A stretch of 62,713 bases of DNA, the filler included. It is 4 parts of 4 records of this genome, joined end to end, with 100 filler letters (N's around TTAATTAATTAA, not from the genome) between each part and the next. Parts side by side here need not be neighbours in the genome. Positions count along the whole stretch, not along the records: positions 35,791 to 58,700 come from SRR20825010_4780; 3 more parts are not named here. The stretch is one strand, 5' to 3'. The notes below the pieces were generated by a model. It had not been told where the DNA came from. It saw only the letters and a program-made list of their open reading frames with translations, and ran no database searches. Of the stretch, positions 39,039-47,227 are shown in pieces; within the stretch, counting starts at the first letter, position 1; each line of letters begins with the position of its first letter. The translations under genes and the position numbers were made by a program.

Positions 39039-40987
39039 GCCACCTGCTCCGTTGTTCCATCGGAAGACTTGGTGGCACCGGCACTTCGATTCAGCAAATC
39101 ACGTTTTTTCAAATGCACCAGCAACAGTGAAATTGCGGCAGGTGTAATGCCTTGAATGCGACCCGCTTGCCCAATCGTTTCCGGCTTGTGGGTGTTCAGC
39201 TTTTGCTGAACTTCTTTGCTCAAACCGTTCACACTGGAGTAATCAAAATCAGCAGGCAAGCGGATTGATTCGCTGCCCGCGCCCCGCTCCACCTCGGCCT
39301 GTTGGCGAAGCACATAGCCTGCGTACTTCACCTCAATTTCCAGCTGTGAAACCAGATCACCTTGCTGCAAGGGATTGCTCAAAGCCAGTTCGCCATTCTC
39401 TTTGCTCAACGTGCTTAGGTTTTGATAGCTGACATCCGGGCGCTTGAGCAAATCGTATAAGTTGTACTCACGGTCGATTCCTTTGTGCAGCACTCGTTCG
39501 GCTTCGGCCTGCGCCACAATTTTCGGATTGATCCACGTGGAACGTAAACGCTGCTTCTCTTGCTCCACCGCTTCGCGCTTTTCAGAGAAAGCTTTCCAGC
39601 GAATATCGTCCACCAAACCCAGCTTTCGACCAATCGGAGTAAGGCGTTGGTCTGCATTGTCTTCTCGCAGGCTTAAACGGTACTCAGCACGGCTGGTGAA
39701 CATGCGGTAAGGCTCGGCTACACCCTTACTGGTCAAATCGTCTACAAGCACACCCAGATAAGCCTCGTCACGGCGTGGCGTCCATTGGTCTTTGCCCTGC
39801 ACCATCAACGCGGCGTTCACACCGGCCAACAAACCTTGGGCGGCGGCTTCTTCGTAACCAGTGGTGCCATTGATTTGCCCGGCAAAAAACAAGCCCTCAA
39901 TGGATTTTGTTTCAAGCGTGGTTTTCAGTGCGCGAGGGTCGAAGTAATCGTACTCAATCGCATAACCGGGGCGCATGATGTAGGCGTTTTCCAAACCCTT
40001 GATGGAATGCAACAAGTTAAGCTGCACATCAAACGGCAAGGAGGTGGACACGCCGTTTGGATAATATTCGTTGGTGGTTAGCCCCTCGGGCTCAAGGAAA
40101 ATTTGATGCGATTCTTTGTCGGCGAATCGATGAATCTTGTCCTCAATCGACGGGCAATAGCGAGGGCCAACGCCTTCAATGACACCCGTATACATTGGGC
40201 TTCTGTCCAGACCGCCGCGAATAATGTCGTGAGTGTTCTGATTGGTGTGCGTGATCCAACAAGGCAACTGCCGTGGGTGCATGGCCGTGCTGCCCAGGTA
40301 AGAAAACACCGGCACGGGGTCTAGATCACCGGGCTGTTCCTGCATTACCGAGAAATCAATACTGCGACCATCAATACGTGGTGGCGTACCAGTTTTTAGC
40401 CGACCTTGCGGCAATTTCATTTCTTGCAGGCGCATGCCCAAACCAATTGACGGAGGATCCCCCGCCCGGCCCGCTGAATAATTTTGCAAACCGACATGAA
40501 TTTTGCCGTTCAGGAATGTACCCGCGGTAAGCACCACTGCCTTGGCCTTAAACTTCAAACCGACTTGAGTAACGGCACCGCATACCCGGTCGCCATCTAG
40601 CAGCAGGTCTTCAACCGACTGCTGAAAAATGCTTAAGTTGGGCTGATTCTCCAGACGCGTGCGAATGGCCTGCCGGTACAACACCCTGTCAGCCTGGGCA
40701 CGTGTGGCACGCACAGCCGGGCCCTTGGAGCTATTGAGAATGCGGAACTGGATCCCTGCCTCATCCGTGGCAATGGCCATGGCACCACCCAAAGCATCCA
40801 CTTCTTTTACCAAATGACCTTTGCCAATACCGCCAATTGAAGGGTTGCATGACATTTGCCCAAGTGTTTCGATGTTGTGTGTAAGAAGCAATGTTTTACT
40901 GCCCGCACGGGCAGCAGCTAACGCAGCCTCGGTACCAGCATGACCGCCACCCACTACAATGACATCAAATTCTTCGGGATAAAACAT
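39035..40987 (-). CDS. mnmG: tRNA U34 modification enzyme MnmG (GidA)
   Basis: [25 protein letters not shown] and [12 protein letters not shown] motifs; ATG at 40987 after AGGAG. Confidence 0.98.
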   Translation of the reverse strand: MFYPEEFDVIVVGGGHAGTEAALAAARAGSKTLLLTHNIETLGQMSCNPSIGGIGKGHLVKEVDALGGAMAIATDEAGIQFRILNSSKGPAVRATRAQADRVLYRQAIRTRLENQPNLSIFQQSVEDLLLDGDRVCGAVTQVGLKFKAKAVVLTAGTFLNGKIHVGLQNYSAGRAGDPPSIGLGMRLQEMKLPQGRLKTGTPPRIDGRSIDFSVMQEQPGDLDPVPVFSYLGSTAMHPRQLPCWITHTNQNTHDIIRGGLDRSPMYTGVIEGVGPRYCPSIEDKIHRFADKESHQIFLEPEGLTTNEYYPNGVSTSLPFDVQLNLLHSIKGLENAYIMRPGYAIEYDYFDPRALKTTLETKSIEGLFFAGQINGTTGYEEAAAQGLLAGVNAALMVQGKDQWTPRRDEAYLGVLVDDLTSKGVAEPYRMFTSRAEYRLSLREDNADQRLTPIGRKLGLVDDIRWKAFSEKREAVEQEKQRLRSTWINPKIVAQAEAERVLHKGIDREYNLYDLLKRPDVSYQNLSTLSKENGELALSNPLQQGDLVSQLEIEVKYAGYVLRQQAEVERGAGSESIRLPADFDYSSVNGLSKEVQQKLNTHKPETIGQAGRIQGITPAAISLLLVHLKKRDLLNRSAGATKSSDGTTEQVA

Positions 40988-41079
40988 CTTCACTCCTGGC
41001 ACCAGGTGCCCGAATCCAACGCGGGATTCAAAATTCAAATGCCGAAATCGAGATCAATCGAATCGGCGACAATGGCGCA

Positions 41080-41108
41080 ATTATAAGCTGCGGTGGTGTT
41101 TTGCCCAA
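41080..41108 (-). promoter_or_regulatory. Sigma-70 promoter of mnmG-rsmG-parAB
   Basis: Minus strand TTGGGC-17nt-TATAAT. Confidence 0.65.
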
Positions 41109-41115
41109 GTGAACA

Positions 41116-41131
41116 TGTTTCACGTGGAACA
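41116..41131. promoter_or_regulatory. parS centromere site 1
   Basis: TGTTTCACGTGGAACA, one mismatch to TGTTTCACGTGAAACA, upstream of parAB. Confidence 0.92.
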
Positions 41132-41194
41132 GAAAACAGACAACGGAGACGTCCGATGCTGCATCGTTCAACCAAGTGCGTTGACGTATTCTGC

Positions 41195-41380
41195 TTGCTC
41201 AGGTGCATACCCTCTCTCGCCAGAAAACCTGAATTCCCCCTTGTTATTGATTAACCGCCCTAAGCGCATCCGCTAAACAGCGGGCGGGCTGCACTTTCGG
41301 CCTTGCCGAACGGACGGTGAATTCAACACCAAGGGCAGGTTTTCTCAATAGGCGCTGCGAGGGTATCGCGACCTGAGCAA
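41195..41380. repeat. Long imperfect fold-back element A (186 nt)
   Basis: Nested pairs TTGCTCAGGT/ACCTGAGCAA, ATACCCTC/GAGGGTAT, AGAAAACCTG/CAGGTTTTCT and CCCTTG/CAAGGG. Confidence 0.8.
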
Positions 41381-41413
41381 ACTGGCAACGGTGTTGGCGC
41401 TGGCATTAGCCCA

Positions 41414-41600
41414 GGCTAGGCTTGTGTACTGTGTCGCATTGCCGGCTTTGCAAGGCTTCCCGGCAGCTTCGAAGCGCGGGGCGGTTCCGCCAGGAGCCGA
41501 TGCGAAAACGCCTACGCGTTTCGCACGCCCCAAGCCAGAAGCATCAAGCCGGATCGAGAAGACGTGCTTAGGCGAGGCGACACAGTACACAAGCCTGGCC
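41414..41600. repeat. MITE-like or structured element B (187 nt) with 24-bp terminal inverted repeats
   Basis: GGCTAGGCTTGTGTACTGTGTCGC / GCGACACAGTACACAAGCCTGGCC (one G-T), with internal hairpins. Confidence 0.85.
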
Positions 41601-41613
41601 CACCAAACCGCCA

Positions 41614-41629
41614 TGTTCCACGTGAAACA
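41614..41629. promoter_or_regulatory. parS centromere site 2
   Basis: TGTTCCACGTGAAACA, the exact reverse complement of site 1. Confidence 0.92.
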
Positions 41630-41630
41630 A

Positions 41631-42431
41631 TCAAGCCACCCATATTTTCACGTACGGCCAGTAGCTATCGTAACTCGTGCGTAATATCAACAAGAACACC
41701 ACAGCCAGCAATGCCTTGCGGACAAAACCCGCACCCTTGCGAATGGCCAAACTCGCCCCAACCCTGGCACCCGCCAAGTTAAATACTGCCATCAACAAAC
41801 CCAACGCTACGATCACATGGCCAGCCGGCGCAAACCAAGCCAGCGAAGCCAGGTTGCAGGCGATGTTCACCATTTTCGCACCAGCAGTAGCAGCCAGAAA
41901 ATCAAAACCAAAAAACACCACAAAGGCTACCATCAAGAACGAGCCAGTACCTGGGCCAAAAAAGCCATCATAAAAACCAATGGTCAAACCCACACATGCA
42001 CCAAAGAATCTTTCCCTGTTCTTATCCAACTTGGGCGCATGCACACTGCCCAGGTCTTTGCGCAAAAAGGTGTAAACGGCTACGGCAATCAACAGCAGCG
42101 GCAGCATCAGCCGCAACACCTCGGTTGAAATTTGGGTCACGATGTATGCGCCACAGTAAGCGCCTATCAGCGCCATCGCAGTGGCTGGCACCACTGCATT
42201 CCACGGCACCTGAATGGCCTTGGCATACTTGTACGCTGCAAACGTAGTCCCCACCACGCTGGAAATTTTGTTGGTGCCCAACAAGGTGGCATGCCCTTGG
42301 CTTGGCATCAAACCAAACAAGGCGGGAATCTGGATAAGACCACCCCCACCTACCATGGCATCAATCAAACCCGCGGAAAACGCCGCCGCACACAACAACA
42401 CCAAAACCCACAACTCGATGTTCTCGAACAT
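41631..42431 (-). CDS. TSUP (TauE/SafE, YfcA-like) transporter
   Basis: DAMVGGGGLI, GTNK and GFYDGFFGPGTGSF motifs. Confidence 0.93.
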   Translation of the reverse strand: MFENIELWVLVLLCAAAFSAGLIDAMVGGGGLIQIPALFGLMPSQGHATLLGTNKISSVVGTTFAAYKYAKAIQVPWNAVVPATAMALIGAYCGAYIVTQISTEVLRLMLPLLLIAVAVYTFLRKDLGSVHAPKLDKNRERFFGACVGLTIGFYDGFFGPGTGSFLMVAFVVFFGFDFLAATAGAKMVNIACNLASLAWFAPAGHVIVALGLLMAVFNLAGARVGASLAIRKGAGFVRKALLAVVFLLILRTSYDSYWPYVKIWVA

Positions 42432-42445
42432 GAAAAGCTTCCGCA

Positions 42446-42476
42446 GAAAAGAAAACGGGCGCCTTGTGGGCGCCCG
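42446..42476 (-). terminator. Intrinsic terminator after pckG
   Basis: Minus strand CGGGCGCC-CACAA-GGCGCCCG-TTTTCTTTT. Confidence 0.75.
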
Positions 42477-42528
42477 CCATAGGACTCATTCCGGAGTATC
42501 AGAAAAAAGTCAAAACATTCAAGCCAAA

Positions 42529-44370
42529 TCAGGCCGCTAGGCGGTTTGCAATTTGCGCTTTGGTTTCTTCCAACTGTGCTGGCAGGTTGTGCTTTAACTT
42601 TTCGAACAACTCAGCATGCAAATTCAGCTCTTCCAGCCATGCTGCTTTGTCAATCGCTGTAATGGATTCGAACTCGGCTTTGCTGAATTCAAGACCATCC
42701 CAGGAAATGTCTTCGTAGCGGGGCGATGTGCCAAACACGTGCTCAACACCATTGCCCTTGCCTTCCACGCGCTCCAGCGCCCAAGCCAGCACGCGCATGT
42801 TCTCGCCAAAACCAGGCCAAATAAACTTGCCTTCGGCGTCGGTGCGGAACCAGTTCACGCAGAAGATGCTGGGCAGCTTGGCGCCCGTTGATTCCAGCTT
42901 CTTGCCCAAGTCGAGCCAATGCTGGAAATAGTCGGACATGTTGTAGCCGCAGAAGGGCAACATGGCGAATGGATCGCGACGCACTACGCCTTGCTGACCA
43001 AATGCTGCTGCTGTGGTTTCTGAACCCATTGTTGCTGCCATGTACACACCTTCAACCCAGTTGCGCGCCTCGGTAACCAAAGGCACGGTGGTTGAACGGC
43101 GACCGCCGAAAATAAATGCATCAATTTCAACGCCGGCCGGGTTGTCCCAGTTGTTGTCGATCACAGGGTTTTGTTCAGCGGCCACGGTAAAGCGGGCATT
43201 CGGGTGCGAAGCCTTGCGGCCACAATCGGGGGTCCAGTCCTGACCAGTCCAGTCGACCAGGTGCGCAGGCGCTTCCTTGGTCAAACCTTCCCACCACACA
43301 TCGCCGTCGTCTGTCAGGGCTACGTTGGTGAAAATTACATTGGCGTTCAAAGAAGCCATGCAGTTGGAGTTGGTTTTGGTGTTGGTGCCGGGGGCCACGC
43401 CGAAGTAACCCGCTTCAGGGTTAATTGCACGCAGTTTGCCATTGGCGTCCGGCTTGATCCACGCAATGTCGTCGCCGATGGTTGTCACAGTCCAGCCTTT
43501 CATGGAGGCGGGCGGAATCAACATGGCAAAGTTGGTTTTACCGCAAGCAGACGGGAAGGCCGCGGCCACGTGGTACTTCTTGCCCTCGGGGTTTGTTACA
43601 CCCAGAATCAACATGTGCTCGGCCAACCAGCCTTGATCACGACCCATAGTCGAGGCGATGCGCAGGGCCAAGCACTTCTTGCCCAGCAAGGCGTTGCCAC
43701 CGTAACCTGAACCGTAGGACCAGATTTCGCGTGTTTCCGGGTAGTGAACAATGTATTTGGTGCTGGGGTTGCAAGGCCATGAAACATCTTTCTGGCCTGC
43801 TTCCAGCGGCGCACCCACTGTGTGCACGCACGGCACGAACTCGCCGTTTTCACCCAACACGTCGTACACGGCTTTGCCCATGCGCGTCATCATGCGCATG
43901 TTTGTAACCACATAAGCTGAATCAGACAGCTCAACGCCAATGTGGGCGATGGGGCTGCCCAATGGGCCCATGGAGAACGGGATCACATACAGGGTACGGC
44001 CGCGCATGGAGCCCTTGAACAAACCATTCAAGGTGGCGCGCATTTTTGCGGGATCTTCCCAGTTGTTCGTGGGGCCGGCATCTTCTTTCTGTTCAGAACA
44101 GATGTAGGTGCGGTCTTCCACACGGGCTACATCTGAGGGATCAGACCAGGCCAGGTAGGAATTGGGGCGCTTTTCAGGGTTGAGTTTGCGAAGCGTGCCC
44201 GCCTCAACCATTTCTGCGCAAAGGCGTTCGTACTCTTCTTGTGAACCATCGCACCACACAATGTTCTTGGGCTCGGTAAGGGCTGCAATTTCTTGCACCC
44301 AAGCCACAAGCTTCTTGTGCTTGACATACGACGGCACGGTCTGGCTGACCATAGACAGCACTGCACTCAT
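42529..44370 (-). CDS. pckG: GTP-dependent phosphoenolpyruvate carboxykinase
   Basis: [26 protein letters not shown] and GDDIAW motifs; ATG at 44370. Confidence 0.97.
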   Translation of the reverse strand: MSAVLSMVSQTVPSYVKHKKLVAWVQEIAALTEPKNIVWCDGSQEEYERLCAEMVEAGTLRKLNPEKRPNSYLAWSDPSDVARVEDRTYICSEQKEDAGPTNNWEDPAKMRATLNGLFKGSMRGRTLYVIPFSMGPLGSPIAHIGVELSDSAYVVTNMRMMTRMGKAVYDVLGENGEFVPCVHTVGAPLEAGQKDVSWPCNPSTKYIVHYPETREIWSYGSGYGGNALLGKKCLALRIASTMGRDQGWLAEHMLILGVTNPEGKKYHVAAAFPSACGKTNFAMLIPPASMKGWTVTTIGDDIAWIKPDANGKLRAINPEAGYFGVAPGTNTKTNSNCMASLNANVIFTNVALTDDGDVWWEGLTKEAPAHLVDWTGQDWTPDCGRKASHPNARFTVAAEQNPVIDNNWDNPAGVEIDAFIFGGRRSTTVPLVTEARNWVEGVYMAATMGSETTAAAFGQQGVVRRDPFAMLPFCGYNMSDYFQHWLDLGKKLESTGAKLPSIFCVNWFRTDAEGKFIWPGFGENMRVLAWALERVEGKGNGVEHVFGTSPRYEDISWDGLEFSKAEFESITAIDKAAWLEELNLHAELFEKLKHNLPAQLEETKAQIANRLAA

Positions 44371-44628
44371 GCTAAAACCTCCAGATAGACAAATGTAATT
44401 CTTTTGTGCGGGGGCTTTGGCGTTGCTCGACAGTGTGACCGGAACATGACACCAAGCGCACGGGCGATCGATGTGTCGCTTATCCGCAAACTTAGCCCTC
44501 GAGTTTAACATGTTGTAAGCAAACAGAAATAAGTTTTTCCTATAGGTTCAATCACCTAATCGCATACCGTGTTTGCTTTCCGGCAAGGGCCATGTAAAGT
44601 GGCAACACGGCATTACTACGGAATTCAC

Positions 44629-45234
44629 ATGAAGTTGATTGCAATTTGCACGGGCCTGGTTGCCCCGCTGGTGTATCGAACTGCGTCTGGAGCCATCAAA
44701 ACAGAGGCCAGCGGCATCAAAAAACAAGCGGTCAGTACCGAAGAAAACCCTTCAATGATTGAACTCAAAAAACTCGGCCTTGAAGGCGATGAACAATGCA
44801 ACTTGTCCGTGCATGGCGGCATGGACAAGGCGGTGTATATGATGCCCGCCGAACACTACGATTTCTGGAAGGCGCGGCGTGCGGAGAAAAACCTGGACAC
44901 CGACCTGCCTTGGGGATTCCTCGGCGAAAACCTGGTAGTGGAGGGATTGAGCGAAAACAACGTTCGAATTGGCGATGAATTTGAATTGGGTACGGTTCGC
45001 TTGCGCGTAACAGACCCACGTGAACCCTGCCACAAGTTTGCCATCCGCATGGGGTTTGGTGCTGCGCCCAAACAGATGATTCAACAGGGCAACTGCGGCT
45101 GGTATTTGCGTGTGGTTCAAACCGGCAAAATTCAGGCGGGTATTGCACTAAAGCACTTTGCAAATCCGCACGGCAAAACCGTCATTGATTCATTCCGGCT
45201 GAAAACCCAGAAAGGGCAAATGGATTTGCTGTAA
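44629..45234 (+). CDS. MOSC-domain protein (YiiM-like)
   Basis: HGGMDKAV, GENL, PREPCHK and GWYLRV motifs. Confidence 0.9.
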   Translation: MKLIAICTGLVAPLVYRTASGAIKTEASGIKKQAVSTEENPSMIELKKLGLEGDEQCNLSVHGGMDKAVYMMPAEHYDFWKARRAEKNLDTDLPWGFLGENLVVEGLSENNVRIGDEFELGTVRLRVTDPREPCHKFAIRMGFGAAPKQMIQQGNCGWYLRVVQTGKIQAGIALKHFANPHGKTVIDSFRLKTQKGQMDLL

Positions 45235-45249
45235 CAAGCACGCACCGCA

Positions 45250-46278
45250 CTAAACGTCGTGCTGTTTTTTCCAAACTTTGATCTGCGCTTTCGCCGCCGG
45301 AATTCCCAGCCTCGCCAGCTTTTCAATCCACATCGGGTTGGGGTCGTACCCATGGTGAATAACGGCCAAGGCCAAGGCCTCTTCGTCCCAGCCATCCTCG
45401 GCATACAGATCAAACAGCACATCGGCCAACACCGGGCTGCGCGGCAAGGCTCGCATCCATTGTTCGGCCTGCACAATTGCATCACGTGAACGCCCGGCAT
45501 CACGCAGCATTCGAACAGCCACCACAGCCTCAAAATCGTCGACTGCCGATTTCCTCAACAACTCGGCCAGCAAACGCTTTTCTCCGAGGTGCTCAAGCAA
45601 TGCGCGCAAACGAAGCCTGCGCCATCTTTTATCGAACGATCGCCAACTCACATTGCTGGTGGGCTGCATCTCGTTCATGTCATTGATTTCAAGTTCGACC
45701 AAACCCAGCACTGTGTGCCTGTCGCACAAGGCAATCTGCTTCCACCACCAGGAGGGATCCACCAAGCCCGCCTGGTCCAGCATCGCCACTGGATAAACCA
45801 AGTGCGCCCGTTCGATCGGATTTTCAACCTGACTTGATACGATGTTCAACCAATCGCGGGTGAATTCCCGTACAGCTTTCAACAATAACCCGTGCTTGTC
45901 GTCCGCCCCTTCGCAAATCGCGAGAAGCTTTTGCAAACCATGCGCACCCAGATCAACCAGCAAGTTCGGGTCGGAAGTGCGCTGCAATTCCGACTGCAAC
46001 CAGCCATCCAGAACCTGCGTACGAATGGCAATTTTTTCGCAAGACTGCGCAGACGGGCACCGGGCCTGCCCCACAAAACGATTGATCAATTGTTTGAGCT
46101 GACGGATGCGTGTTTTTGCATCCACCCCATCGCCTGCATCCATTAACTCGCAACTGGATTCCAGAAACTGCAAGGCCCGCTGCAGGTCGGGCAGGTGTTG
46201 TGCCGCACGACCCAACCACAACATCCATTCCTGGCCACCCCGAAAAGCCAATGCCGATGTGTGTAGCGTTTTGGTCAT
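45250..46278 (-). CDS. Hypothetical helical protein
   Basis: 342-aa ORF; repeat-like helical C-terminus; no family recognised. Confidence 0.7.
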   Translation of the reverse strand: MTKTLHTSALAFRGGQEWMLWLGRAAQHLPDLQRALQFLESSCELMDAGDGVDAKTRIRQLKQLINRFVGQARCPSAQSCEKIAIRTQVLDGWLQSELQRTSDPNLLVDLGAHGLQKLLAICEGADDKHGLLLKAVREFTRDWLNIVSSQVENPIERAHLVYPVAMLDQAGLVDPSWWWKQIALCDRHTVLGLVELEINDMNEMQPTSNVSWRSFDKRWRRLRLRALLEHLGEKRLLAELLRKSAVDDFEAVVAVRMLRDAGRSRDAIVQAEQWMRALPRSPVLADVLFDLYAEDGWDEEALALAVIHHGYDPNPMWIEKLARLGIPAAKAQIKVWKKQHDV

Positions 46279-46302
46279 TGGAGAACCCTCGAATTCAACG
46301 GC

Positions 46303-46578
46303 CTAGCTGCGCCGTACTTTGTAGTGTGCGGGTGCATATGCCTTGGACTGCACGAAACCTCGCAACTTGAGATGCTTGGTTTTGCGGCCGGTGACCCGCT
46401 CGCGCCACATCCGAAAACTGCTGGCCTTCATGTTGGCACGCATCAATTCGATTGTTTGGGATTCATTTAAACCAAACTGAAGCTTGATCGCCTCAAAGGG
46501 CGTTCTGTCTTCCCAGGCCATCTCAACGATGCGGGAAATTTCCTCATTGGACAACTTAAACTGCAAAGGCTTGGACAT
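46303..46578 (-). CDS. TIGR03643/DUF2805-family protein
   Basis: EMAWEDRTPFEAI and SFRMWRERVTGRKTKH motifs. Confidence 0.88.
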   Translation of the reverse strand: MSKPLQFKLSNEEISRIVEMAWEDRTPFEAIKLQFGLNESQTIELMRANMKASSFRMWRERVTGRKTKHLKLRGFVQSKAYAPAHYKVRRS

Positions 46579-46645
46579 CGGATCTCGCTGACCGCTACAC
46601 TGATGAAAATTCAATAATCAGTATATGACAGAAGGGGACATTTCC

Positions 46646-47107
46646 GTGAAAAGAGCATTGCTCAGTTTGATTATCCTGATCACAGTGGTGATCGTTGCAT
46701 TCTTCGCCATGGGTCTTTACTCGGAAACGGGTTCCGCACCTGGACTGGCCAACGGACAACTTTCAAGTTGCCCCAGCAAGCCGAACTGCGTAAGCAGTGA
46801 AAGCTCTCCATCTGACAGTCATTCAATCGCCGCGATAAGCATCATGCCAGCCATGGGTGAAGAACCGCTGCTGAAAGTCAAAGAGGTAGTAGAACTGTTG
46901 GGAGGCGATGTAAGTTTCTCCGACGACAATTACATGGCCAGCACCTTCACCAGCGAATTGTTTGGCTTTGTCGACGACGTGGAGTTTCGTGTTGACCAAG
47001 GCAGCAACCTGCTACATGTGCGGTCCGCATCGCGGGTGGGTTATAGCGATCTGGATGCAAATCGCAAACGCGTGGAACAAATACGCCAGCTTCTAAGTGC
47101 AAATTAA
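46646..47107 (+). CDS. DUF1499-domain protein
   Basis: N-terminal TM; CPSKPNCVSS, FGFVDDVEF and SASRVGYSDL motifs. Confidence 0.88.
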   Translation: MKRALLSLIILITVVIVAFFAMGLYSETGSAPGLANGQLSSCPSKPNCVSSESSPSDSHSIAAISIMPAMGEEPLLKVKEVVELLGGDVSFSDDNYMASTFTSELFGFVDDVEFRVDQGSNLLHVRSASRVGYSDLDANRKRVEQIRQLLSAN

Positions 47108-47227
47108 AACAAATACCCACCAAACTCCTCTATTTTTTGTGGGTAGTTCAAACGTGTAGTCCCTCATACGGGTGACAAAGTGTAAAGTGAGCACAGACAG
47201 GAAAAGCAGGACGGAGACACTTCCAAG

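Noticed and set aside
41195-41380. 6S RNA reading (rod of similar length)
   Set aside because: The usual zapA/ygfA context is absent and I see no recognisable 6S sequence or large central bubble. An Rfam search would settle it.
41414-41600. Retron msr-msd reading (a1/a2-like inverted repeats)
   Set aside because: There is no reverse transcriptase gene on the contig, and the flanking genes are housekeeping.
40988-41630. oriC in the mnmG upstream region
   Set aside because: I found no cluster of TTATCCACA DnaA boxes and no AT-rich unwinding element by eye.
41345-41684. Opposing short ORFs sharing the peptides ARLVYCVA and ATQYTSLA
   Set aside because: The shared peptides arise from translating the terminal inverted repeats of element B; there is no other support for coding.
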